A stretch of DNA of 64,000 nt from an uncultured Gammaproteobacteria bacterium (lineage in GTDB: Bacteria > Patescibacteriota > Patescibacteriia > Patescibacteriales > UBA12465), in NCBI GenBank assembly GCA_964355275.1, contig CAYHCB010000001.1, forward strand, positions 99,424-163,423, given 5' to 3'. The position numbers and the translations under genes are program-made. This document shows, one piece after another, positions 8,414-16,630 of the stretch (position 1 is its first letter; the number at the start of each line of letters is the position of its first letter). The notes below the pieces were generated by a model. It ran no database searches. It was not told the origin of the DNA and saw only the letters and a program-made list of their open reading frames with translations.

Positions 8414-10102
8414 TTATTTTTTAGCTTTAAAAGAGGTGTGAAGTACAGCTTTGCCTAAACCAATCTTTTTAACATAAGAAACGGCCGCCATTGCTTCTAA
8501 GTTTTCATGAGCTCGACGAACCTTTTGCCTGTTATCAATGGAATATAGCGCTGCCATTCGCATTTTTCTTGTTGCTAAAGACGCTGGGGCTGGTTGACCA
8601 CCACCACCAATACAACCACCAGGACAACTCATTACTTCGATATAATCATAATCACTTAAGTGATTTAAGACCTGAGAAATATTACCCAAACCATTTACTA
8701 CGGCGACCCTTAAATTGCGACCGGCAATCTTCACAATACTTTTTTTAATACCCAAAGTACCGCGAACATCTTTAAATTCTAATTTGGCTAAATTTTTCTT
8801 TTTTTCTAAATACCAAACAGCGGTACGCAATGCTGACTCCATTACTCCACCTGAGGCACCATAAATAGCTCCTGCGCCGCTACCATTATTCCAAATTAAA
8901 TCACCGGGTTTAGGACTAAGTTTCATAAAATCAATTTTTGATTCTTTCATCATTAAAGCAAATTCTCTAGTAGTGATGACAATATCTACTGGAGAGACAT
9001 CTTTTATTTTAAACTCTGATCGAGTAATTTCATACTTTTTAGCCGTACAAGGCATAACGGAGACAACTATAATATCCTTAGGATTAATGCCAATTTTAGC
9101 TGCCCAATAAGTTTTTATTACACCCCCTAAATGCATGTGTGGCGACCTAGCTGAAGTTAAGTGTGGAATAAGTTCTGGGTGTCGTGATTCAACATAACGA
9201 ACCCAAGCGGGGCAACAAGAAGTCATCATTGGAAAAATTGCCTTTTTATCTTCTAGTCTTTCAATTAATTCTTCAGCTTCAGTTATGGTTGTAATATCGG
9301 CTCCTAGATTAACATCAAAAACATAATTAAAACCTAATTTTTTAAGACCGGCGACTACCCGCCCAGTCATTTTATCATCATATTCGGCCCCAAATTCTTC
9401 ACCAATAGCGGCCCGAATTGAGGGAGCAAATTGAGCAATTATAATTTTATTTTTATTTTTTAAAGCTTTATAGACATCTGGATAAGAAATTTGTTCAGAG
9501 ATAGCATCAACCGGACAATGAGTAACGCATTGGCCACAGAAAGTACAAGGATTTTTAGTGGGCACAATTTCTTGATTAATCCCATGGCCTTTAAGCTCCA
9601 AACAATTTAATTTTTGTAATTTATTACAAGCTTCAAGGCATAAACGACAATCAATACATTGAGAGCCGTCAATTTCAATTGAAGGTGAAAAATGATATTT
9701 TTTACGATTAACCTTCCGCTCTAAAAACCTAGTTGACTTAACGCGATACTGCTTTACTAAAGTAAGCAAGGGGCAATTAAATCTTAATTTACAAGAAGCG
9801 CACTTTTCTACGTGCTCCGCAAATAATAACTCTAAGTTAGTTCGTCTTAAACGTTTTACTTTAGGGGTATCTAAAAATACCTCTAAATTATCTTGTGCCG
9901 GTGTCGAGCAAGCGGAAACAACCTGTCTCTTTGAATTATAAATTATTTCTACTAAACAAAGACGACAATTCCCTTTAACCGGAAAGTCGGGATGAAAACA
10001 CAAAGTAGGAATAAAAATATTATGCCTTTTAGCTACCTGTAAAACTGTTTCGCCAGGATTATAAACAAACTCCCGATTATTTATTTTTAGTATTTGCGTC
10101 AT
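8414..10102 (-). CDS. hydA: [FeFe] hydrogenase catalytic subunit (M3-type domain layout)
   Basis: H-cluster motifs TSCCPAW, MPCTAKKYE and EVMSCPGGCIGGGGQP. Also an N-terminal 2Fe-2S Cys set, HVEKCASCKLRFNC, and two CxxCxxCxxxCP motifs. Confidence 0.9.
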   Translation of the reverse strand: MTQILKINNREFVYNPGETVLQVAKRHNIFIPTLCFHPDFPVKGNCRLCLVEIIYNSKRQVVSACSTPAQDNLEVFLDTPKVKRLRRTNLELLFAEHVEKCASCKLRFNCPLLTLVKQYRVKSTRFLERKVNRKKYHFSPSIEIDGSQCIDCRLCLEACNKLQKLNCLELKGHGINQEIVPTKNPCTFCGQCVTHCPVDAISEQISYPDVYKALKNKNKIIIAQFAPSIRAAIGEEFGAEYDDKMTGRVVAGLKKLGFNYVFDVNLGADITTITEAEELIERLEDKKAIFPMMTSCCPAWVRYVESRHPELIPHLTSARSPHMHLGGVIKTYWAAKIGINPKDIIVVSVMPCTAKKYEITRSEFKIKDVSPVDIVITTREFALMMKESKIDFMKLSPKPGDLIWNNGSGAGAIYGASGGVMESALRTAVWYLEKKKNLAKLEFKDVRGTLGIKKSIVKIAGRNLRVAVVNGLGNISQVLNHLSDYDYIEVMSCPGGCIGGGGQPAPASLATRKMRMAALYSIDNRQKVRRAHENLEAMAAVSYVKKIGLGKAVLHTSFKAKK

Positions 10103-10118
10103 CTTTTTTAATAAATAA

Positions 10119-10871
10119 TTATATTTGTTTATCCTTTACTTCTTTTAAGCTTTTATAAAGCTGATAAAAGTAAACTATAAAATATGGAGCTAAAATAGCC
10201 CAGATAATATTAATTAAAACATTATAAGCAATAAAAATATTACTGCCCTCTGACATTTTATATACTGGCCAAGAAATAAAGGCATACACTAAAATAGCAA
10301 AAATTGAAACTAAAAATAAACGACCAAAAACTGACCAAAAATATCCTTTAACTAAGTCATAACTTCGCTCAACTGCCGAAAAAGGACGCTTATCTTCTAT
10401 TACCAGGATATAGGCGGCGAAACTATAATAAATTCCAAAAATTAAAGCTGGGATGATAAAAAGAAAGCCCCAAGCAATAATCAAAACCATCATTAACATG
10501 GAAACTCCTAAAAACTTTATAAAATATGGTTTAGCTTCTTCAAAATTATTTCTAGCTGGCGTAAAATTATTTTTAAGCAATAGAATGCTCGCGACCTTAG
10601 TCCTAATACTATAAACTATAGCTATATACAGACTGGCCACAAATAAACCAAAACCAATTAACGCGAGACTAAAGTTAACTAGTAATGAAGCTTTTTCCGC
10701 TAAACCAGTTATGTTGTAAGTAAAAAATAAAACTAGCACCACTAGTAAAGGAATAAGACCAGACAACCCGTAAAGAAAAACCATAATAAATTTTAATAAG
10801 TTTTTTCGATAGATTTCCCAGCTTTCTTTAAAAAGAGTGACTGATTTAATAAGCTTTTCTTTTTGATTCAT
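10119..10871 (-). CDS. polytopic membrane protein of unknown function (about 6 TM)
   Basis: 250 aa, almost entirely hydrophobic helices, embedded between the NuoF-like and HydA genes with 16-31 nt gaps. Confidence 0.65.
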   Translation of the reverse strand: MNQKEKLIKSVTLFKESWEIYRKNLLKFIMVFLYGLSGLIPLLVVLVLFFTYNITGLAEKASLLVNFSLALIGFGLFVASLYIAIVYSIRTKVASILLLKNNFTPARNNFEEAKPYFIKFLGVSMLMMVLIIAWGFLFIIPALIFGIYYSFAAYILVIEDKRPFSAVERSYDLVKGYFWSVFGRLFLVSIFAILVYAFISWPVYKMSEGSNIFIAYNVLINIIWAILAPYFIVYFYQLYKSLKEVKDKQI

Positions 10872-10902
10872 ATAGTTAAAGGGCGGTTTTTTAAATTAAC
10901 CG

Positions 10903-11934
10903 TTATTTTATTTTTAAAATGTTTTTATAATAACTTGATAATGGTAAAGCAACACTTTTCCCGTAAGAACAAAGACTCCCGTCCTTTAAAAGCTCTAAAA
11001 TATCCCAGAATTCTGGGCTATACTTTTTTTTAGCTAAAAATAATTCCAGCAATCTACTAGTTCCTTCACGACAAGGAGTGCACATTCCGCAAGAGCCATC
11101 TTTAAAAAAGTTAAGAAGACGACCAATTATTTCTTCTTGCTTATTATCAAACCAAGAATAAACAGTGATTGATCCGCTACCACTAACAGTTCTTTTCAGT
11201 TGAGTTGAATTTAAAAATTCCCCACAAATATCACCACCAACCTGAACAAAAAATTTACAAGAAGGAAAATTACCCGTTAATCGTAAGATATCTTCTATTT
11301 TCCAATCACCCGGTAAAGAATAAACACCAGGGCGCGATACCTCGCCGCTAATTGTATAAAACCTTTTAGAATCAAAATTATTATTTTTAATTAAAGCTAC
11401 TTGAAAAAAAGTTTCAACATTATTAATAATCGTTGGCTCGCCAAATAAACCACTATCTACTGGCAGCGGTGGTCTTAAACGCGGCTCCTTTCTTTTGCCC
11501 TCAATTATATTCAAAATTACTGTTTCTTCCCCGCTTAAATAACTTAAGACCTTAGGCTTAAGACTCCAGTGCCAAAAAATTGAGAGTGAAAGAAATTGAT
11601 GCTCGCCTAAAAGTTTATTTATTTTTTTGGCGTAAAGTTTATAATATTCATGATTTATAAAGCAGTAAATACCAGCTAAACGTTTAGGTCCTAGAGCTAA
11701 AACACACTCTTTTACTCCTTCAAGAACTAGGTTAGCGTGATGTTCTAAAATATAAGCATCTTTCTTTACTCCTGGCTCGCCTTCAGCAGCATTAATGACA
11801 ATATAAAAACCTGCTTTTTTATTTTTTTCTAAAGCACTTTTAACTCCTTGCCATTTTATAGCCACCGGAAAACCAGCGCCACCGCGCCCCCGTAATTCTA
11901 CTTTGTTTATCTTTGTGATTATATCACTACCCAT
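10903..11934 (-). CDS. NuoF-like flavoprotein subunit (NADH-binding, FMN, 4Fe-4S), short form
   Basis: GRGGAGFP, AAEGEPG, SGEETVILNIIEGKR..PR.RPP and SCGMCTPCREG plus a distal Cys. Only 343 aa. Confidence 0.85.
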   Translation of the reverse strand: MGSDIITKINKVELRGRGGAGFPVAIKWQGVKSALEKNKKAGFYIVINAAEGEPGVKKDAYILEHHANLVLEGVKECVLALGPKRLAGIYCFINHEYYKLYAKKINKLLGEHQFLSLSIFWHWSLKPKVLSYLSGEETVILNIIEGKRKEPRLRPPLPVDSGLFGEPTIINNVETFFQVALIKNNNFDSKRFYTISGEVSRPGVYSLPGDWKIEDILRLTGNFPSCKFFVQVGGDICGEFLNSTQLKRTVSGSGSITVYSWFDNKQEEIIGRLLNFFKDGSCGMCTPCREGTSRLLELFLAKKKYSPEFWDILELLKDGSLCSYGKSVALPLSSYYKNILKIK

Positions 11935-11943
11935 ATTTAATTT

Positions 11944-12672
11944 TTATCTGGCTGTCCAGCCACCGTCTACATAGATAACCTCACCTGTAACATATTTTGA
12001 TTCATCGCTACCTAAATATAAAGCTGCATGAGCAATATCATTTGGTTCGCCAACATAACCTAAGGGTGTTCCAGCTTTTACCATATTACTAAAAGCTTCA
12101 TTATTTAAAACATCGCGAGTCATACCGGTGGTGATAAAACCAGGGGCGATAGCGTTTACTCTAATGCCTAAAGAGGCTAAATCTAAAGCTGAGGCGTGAG
12201 TTAGTTGAACAACGCCACCTTTTGAAGCACAATAAGATACTGCTCCAGCTAAACCAACTTTACCTAAAATAGAGCTCATATTAATAATACTACCCTTAGT
12301 GCCTTGTTCTTTCATGACTCGAGCAGCCGCCCTTACTCCATAAAAAACTCCTGATAGGTTAACATTAATTGTTTTTAGCCAATTATCATCGTCAGCCTCT
12401 AAAACTCCTCCCAGTGAACCGATACCAGCATTATTTACCATTACGTCTAAATGACCAAACTTAGCAGTAGCGGCGCTAATTAAAGCATCTACTTGGACAC
12501 TGCTAGATACATCACACTTTACATAAATTGCCCTATCACTATTTACTTCAAAAGTATCTAAGATATCAGCATAAACAACTTGCGCTCCCTCGGCTAAATA
12601 TTTTTCTGCAATCGCTTTACCAATACCGGAGGCTGCCCCGGTTACAATAGCCACTTTATTTTCCATTCTCAT
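11944..12672 (-). CDS. short-chain dehydrogenase/reductase (FabG / glucose-1-dehydrogenase-like)
   Basis: TGAASGIG cofactor motif, NNAG, catalytic S...YxxxK (YCASK). Confidence 0.9.
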   Translation of the reverse strand: MRMENKVAIVTGAASGIGKAIAEKYLAEGAQVVYADILDTFEVNSDRAIYVKCDVSSSVQVDALISAATAKFGHLDVMVNNAGIGSLGGVLEADDDNWLKTINVNLSGVFYGVRAAARVMKEQGTKGSIINMSSILGKVGLAGAVSYCASKGGVVQLTHASALDLASLGIRVNAIAPGFITTGMTRDVLNNEAFSNMVKAGTPLGYVGEPNDIAHAALYLGSDESKYVTGEVIYVDGGWTAR

Positions 12673-12691
12673 ATAATTTTTGTTTAATTTT

Positions 12692-13705
12692 TTATTTTAT
12701 AAATTTTTTAAGATAGTTTGTTAGGTCAACTAAACGATTAGAGTAACCCCATTCGTTATCATACCAAGCCACAACCTTAAGCAAATCACCACCCACTAAA
12801 GCCGTTGATTTTAAATCAATGATTGAGCTGTGCGGATTGCCAACAATATCAGAAGAAACTAATTCTTCAGACGAAGCTTCTAATATACCCTTTAATTTAC
12901 CTTTAGCCGCTTTAATAAATTCCTCATTAACAGCCTCGATACTAGTTTTCTTATTTAGTAAAAAAGTAACATCACAAAGTGAACCAACTGGAACTGGGAC
13001 ACGTAAGGCCATACCATCAAATTTACCTTTTAAAGAAGGGATTGTTTCGGTAACAGCCACCGCCGCGCCGGTAGTTGTTGGTACAATATTTACCGCGGCA
13101 CTACGAGCTCGTCGTAAATCTTTATGAGGTCCATCAACTAAATTTTGATCAGCTGTATAAGCATGAACGGTAGACATTAAAGCTTTTTTTATACCAAACT
13201 TTTCTTTAATAACCATAGTCGCTGGTGCCAAACAATTAGTAGTACACGAGGCACAAGAAATAACATCATCACTTTTATTTAGTTTATCTTCATTTACTCC
13301 TAAAACAATTGTTTTACAGTCTTTACCAGGAGCCGATATTATTACTTTTTTAGCTCCAGCTGTAAGATGCGCACTCGCATCTTCTTTACCACGAAAACGA
13401 CCGGTGCATTCTAAGACAACATCTACTTTGAATTTTTTCCAAGGTAAAAGTAAGGGGTCTTTCTGAGAAAAAACAAAATACTTTTTACCATTTACAATTA
13501 GCGCATCCTTAGTATGACTAACTTTATGATGATATTTTCCGTAACAAGAATCATACTGCATTAAATGAGCTAAAGTAGCAGTATCAGTTAAGTCATTAAT
13601 CGCCACTACATTTAATCTTGGATGACTATCTAAAATAATCTTAAACGAGGCGCGGCCAATACGCCCAAAACCATTAATAGCCACATTAATTTTGCTGTTA
13701 AACAT
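12692..13705 (-). CDS. gap: glyceraldehyde-3-phosphate dehydrogenase, type I
   Basis: INGFGRIGR, active site SCTTNCLAP, WYDNEWGYS. Start moved to the internal ATG (MFNSKINVAING) because the 57-nt upstream extension contains the promoter. Confidence 0.95.
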   Translation of the reverse strand: MFNSKINVAINGFGRIGRASFKIILDSHPRLNVVAINDLTDTATLAHLMQYDSCYGKYHHKVSHTKDALIVNGKKYFVFSQKDPLLLPWKKFKVDVVLECTGRFRGKEDASAHLTAGAKKVIISAPGKDCKTIVLGVNEDKLNKSDDVISCASCTTNCLAPATMVIKEKFGIKKALMSTVHAYTADQNLVDGPHKDLRRARSAAVNIVPTTTGAAVAVTETIPSLKGKFDGMALRVPVPVGSLCDVTFLLNKKTSIEAVNEEFIKAAKGKLKGILEASSEELVSSDIVGNPHSSIIDLKSTALVGGDLLKVVAWYDNEWGYSNRLVDLTNYLKKFIK

Positions 13706-13725
13706 AGAAAAAAAATTATATATAA

Positions 13726-13734
13726 ATACTTTGA
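13726..13734 (-). promoter_or_regulatory. extended -10 element (TGTTATAAT) of the gap-hydrogenase operon
   Basis: Minus strand TGTTATAAT, about 20 nt upstream of the gap ATG at 13705. Confidence 0.45.
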
Positions 13735-13773
13735 TATTATAACATATTAGAAAGGCAAACAAAAATTTTAGAA

Positions 13774-13823
13774 TAAAAAAAGACTATCTATTTTGCTAAC
13801 GGCAAAGGTAGATAGTCTTTTTT
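13774..13823. terminator. bidirectional-looking terminator after the PSP1 gene
   Basis: 10-bp stem AGACTATCTA / TAGATAGTCT flanked by A7 and T6 runs. Confidence 0.7.
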
Positions 13824-13835
13824 AAAAAAATGTTT

Positions 13836-14735
13836 TTATTTACGATTTCGTCTGTCTATTCTAGAATTATTTGAATTGGCTTTTTCTTCAGCCGCCTTGA
13901 TATCCTGTTTAGCTTTTTTAACATGGCGATTAATATCAACCTGAACAACAAAATCTCGCTCACCTTCTTTAGCTCCTGGGAATTTAACGTCAACTGATTG
14001 CTTTAAAATATGATGGCCAACAACCACCCCTCTTGAGCCGTCAACATTAACTTTAGTGCCAATCGGTGGCAGTGCGCCAGCCATCGCCTTATAACCTTCA
14101 TATTCAAAAGACAAGCAACACATTAAACGACCACACATACCAGAAATTCTATCACTACCGCGATGAACTACTTGTTGAGCTTCGGCCATATCTGAAGTAA
14201 TAGAAAAAAATTCTCTAATATGCCCTTTACAGCATAAAACTTTTCCACAAGGACCACAGTCACCACTAAAACGAGCTTCGTCTCTGGTGCCTATTTGAGT
14301 TAAACGAATTTGAGAGCTAAAATGAGCTGTTAAATCTTTAACTAAATCACGAAAATCAACTCGACCATCGGCAATAAAAGCAAAATTTAAACGATTGCCA
14401 CTAAAAGAAAAGTGCACATCAACTAATTTTAATTCTAAACCTCTTTTTACTATAAATTCACGACAAACAAACATAGCTTCATTTTTTTTATCTTCATCAG
14501 CCATGCGACTTAAATCAACTGAAGTGGCGACTCTTTTTATCGGTTTTAAAACTTTTTCACCCTCAGCTAATTCAATATTTTTAGGTTCCCTATCTTCTAA
14601 AATTAGAACTTTACCTAGCTCATCACCTAGCTCGGTTTCAACTATTACATAATCGCCACGTTTAACTTTAACATTTTCAGCACTAAAATTATATATTTTA
14701 TCCCAAGAGGAAAATTGTATTTGAGCGATCTTCAT
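13836..14735 (-). CDS. PSP1 domain protein (YaaT/RicT-like)
   Basis: PSP1 C-terminal domain with Cys clusters GDCGPCGKVLCC and GMCGRLMCCLSFE. Confidence 0.85.
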   Translation of the reverse strand: MKIAQIQFSSWDKIYNFSAENVKVKRGDYVIVETELGDELGKVLILEDREPKNIELAEGEKVLKPIKRVATSVDLSRMADEDKKNEAMFVCREFIVKRGLELKLVDVHFSFSGNRLNFAFIADGRVDFRDLVKDLTAHFSSQIRLTQIGTRDEARFSGDCGPCGKVLCCKGHIREFFSITSDMAEAQQVVHRGSDRISGMCGRLMCCLSFEYEGYKAMAGALPPIGTKVNVDGSRGVVVGHHILKQSVDVKFPGAKEGERDFVVQVDINRHVKKAKQDIKAAEEKANSNNSRIDRRNRK

Positions 14736-14811
14736 AATACGAGAATCCCGCGCCTTAAGTATAAAAAGGATAAACCTCTAACCTAATCGCACGGGATTAT
14801 AAAAAGATTGA

Positions 14812-15606
14812 TTAAAGACTAAAACGAATAAATTTAGTAATGGCGGCGCCATCTAAAATGTCTTTCACTTTTTTCTTATCATCTTTAATATATTCTTGTT
14901 CAGTTAAACAAACTTCACTGTAATATTTACTCATTTTACCTTCAACAATTTTATCAACCATTTCTTCTGGTTTACCTTCCTTAAGAAGTAAAGCGCGATA
15001 AATTTCTTTTTCTTTATCCATTTCTTCAGTAGGCACTTCACTGGCTACTAAATATTTAGGATTAGCGGCGGCTACCTGCATAGCAATATCGCTAGCAATC
15101 TCCGTTTTGCCACCTTGATTAATCGCAACTAAAACACCCATCTTTCCGCCTAAGTGGGAATAGGCAGCAACGGTTTCGCCATTTAAAATAGCTAAACGTT
15201 TAATATTTAATTTTTCACCGATAACCCCGGAGAAAGTTTCTAAGGTTTCTTGAACGGTTACTCCAGCCATTGGAGCAGCAAGTAATTCTTCTAAAGTGGC
15301 TGGTTTTAAAGTTTTAACTAATTCCAAAACTTGTTTAGTAAAATCTTGAAATTTATCATTACGAGACACAAAATCAGTCTCGGAATTAACTTCAACCATA
15401 TAGCCTTCAGTAGCATCAGCATTAACGCTAAGCATAATAACCCCCTCATTAGTTTCTCTATCGGTTCGCTTGGCCGCTTTTGCAATACCTTTTTTACGTA
15501 AAATTTCGACTGCTTTATTTAAATCACCAGCAGCTTCATCTAGTGCTTTTTTACAATCAACCATACCAGCGCCAGTCATTTCCCGAAGTTGTTTAATAGC
15601 TTCCAT
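14812..15606 (-). CDS. tsf: translation elongation factor Ts
   Basis: N-terminal UBA-like motif (LREMTGAGMVDCKKAL) and rpsB-tsf synteny. Confidence 0.95.
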   Translation of the reverse strand: MEAIKQLREMTGAGMVDCKKALDEAAGDLNKAVEILRKKGIAKAAKRTDRETNEGVIMLSVNADATEGYMVEVNSETDFVSRNDKFQDFTKQVLELVKTLKPATLEELLAAPMAGVTVQETLETFSGVIGEKLNIKRLAILNGETVAAYSHLGGKMGVLVAINQGGKTEIASDIAMQVAAANPKYLVASEVPTEEMDKEKEIYRALLLKEGKPEEMVDKIVEGKMSKYYSEVCLTEQEYIKDDKKKVKDILDGAAITKFIRFSL

Positions 15607-15683
15607 ATTGTTAATGGTGGCATTTTTCGATTATTAAACATGAAACGAAAAAAGCCAAAATATTTTAAGAGAAAAAATTTTAA

Positions 15684-16403
15684 TTATTTATTTATAGTAG
15701 TATTTTCAGCTTGCTTTATATTCTTTTTAGCCTCCAAAACAACGTCTTTAATAGTTTCCATTAATAGAGCAATAGTTTTAGTAGCATCATCGTTAGCAGG
15801 GATTGGATAATTAACTAATTCCGGATTAACGTTGGTATCACAAATTGCGATGATTGGAATATTCTTCATTCTAGCTTCAGTTACAGCCGTTTCTTCTTCC
15901 TTAATATCCCAGACAAATAAAGCGTCAGGAAGTTTGTTAAGTCCCGTAAGACCACCAACACGTTCTTCTAATTTTTTAATTTCGCGAGCAAATTCTAATT
16001 GTTCCTTTTTTGTATATTTTTCTAATTTACCATTTGCTTTATTTTCTACCAACTCTTTATATTTTTGCACTGATTTTTTAACAACTGCAAAATTAGTTAA
16101 ATAGCCACCTAACCACTTACCAACGATGTAAGGCATGCCTGTTTCATCAGCCATTTTTTTAAGTCCAGATTTAACTTGATTTTTTGTACCAACAAATAAA
16201 ATACTTTTACCTTCAGAAATAAGTTGGCTCATAAATTCCATGGCCTCAGCTAACTTTTCACGACTTTTATTTAAGTCAATAATATAAATACCTTTTTTGT
16301 CAGTAAAAATATAAGACTTCATCTTTGGGTGCCAACGATTAGTTCGATGACCAAAATGCATACCTGCTTTTAACATGTCCTCTACGCTTGGAAGTTTTAC
16401 CAT
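15684..16403 (-). CDS. rpsB: 30S ribosomal protein S2
   Basis: MVKLPSVEDMLKAGMHFGHRTNRWHPKM matches the canonical S2 N-terminus. The 14-codon upstream extension in the ORF track is not S2-like. Confidence 0.95.
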   Translation of the reverse strand: MVKLPSVEDMLKAGMHFGHRTNRWHPKMKSYIFTDKKGIYIIDLNKSREKLAEAMEFMSQLISEGKSILFVGTKNQVKSGLKKMADETGMPYIVGKWLGGYLTNFAVVKKSVQKYKELVENKANGKLEKYTKKEQLEFAREIKKLEERVGGLTGLNKLPDALFVWDIKEEETAVTEARMKNIPIIAICDTNVNPELVNYPIPANDDATKTIALLMETIKDVVLEAKKNIKQAENTTINK

Positions 16404-16589
16404 AATGTTTTTTTCTTTTACCCTTCCCAAAATTAGGGAAAGCATCCATTCCGCCGATCTATACCATCTTCATAGATAATCGCTAAGCGATATCGTTTGA
16501 TGTAGACCAAGAAAAATTACCGGAATGTGATAATTTTTTTAATATTAAATAAAAATAGGCAAAGTTATAATTTAACTTACCTGCCCCTT

Positions 16590-16618
16590 ATAATAAGTTA
16601 AAAACGCTAAGATGTCAA
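16590..16618 (-). promoter_or_regulatory. putative rpsB promoter, implying a leader of about 180 nt
   Basis: Minus strand TTGACA (16613-16618), 17-nt spacer, TATTAT (16590-16595). Confidence 0.5.
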
Positions 16619-16630
16619 TAATTACAGGCT

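Noticed and set aside
13706-13762. 19-codon N-terminal extension of the gap ORF (MFAFLICYNIKVFIYNFFS)
   Set aside because: The extension is not GAPDH-like and contains the TGTTATAAT promoter element. The family N-terminus starts at the internal ATG (13705).
14744-14798. AATCCCG...CGGGATT pairing across the tsf/PSP1 intergenic spacer
   Set aside because: It has a 7-bp stem, a ~40-nt loop and no T-run. That is insufficient for a terminator or a defined RNA element.
8491-16104. ORFs 8491..8748, 12819..13127, 14395..14652, 15589..15810 and 15832..16104 (+)
   Set aside because: All are antisense to hydA, gap, the PSP1 gene, tsf and rpsB respectively, and their peptides are Ser/Leu-rich with no motifs.
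16404-16445. 14-codon extension of rpsB (MLSLILGRVKEKNI)
   Set aside because: Canonical S2 begins at MVKLPSVEDMLKAGMHFGH. The extension overlaps a leader hairpin.
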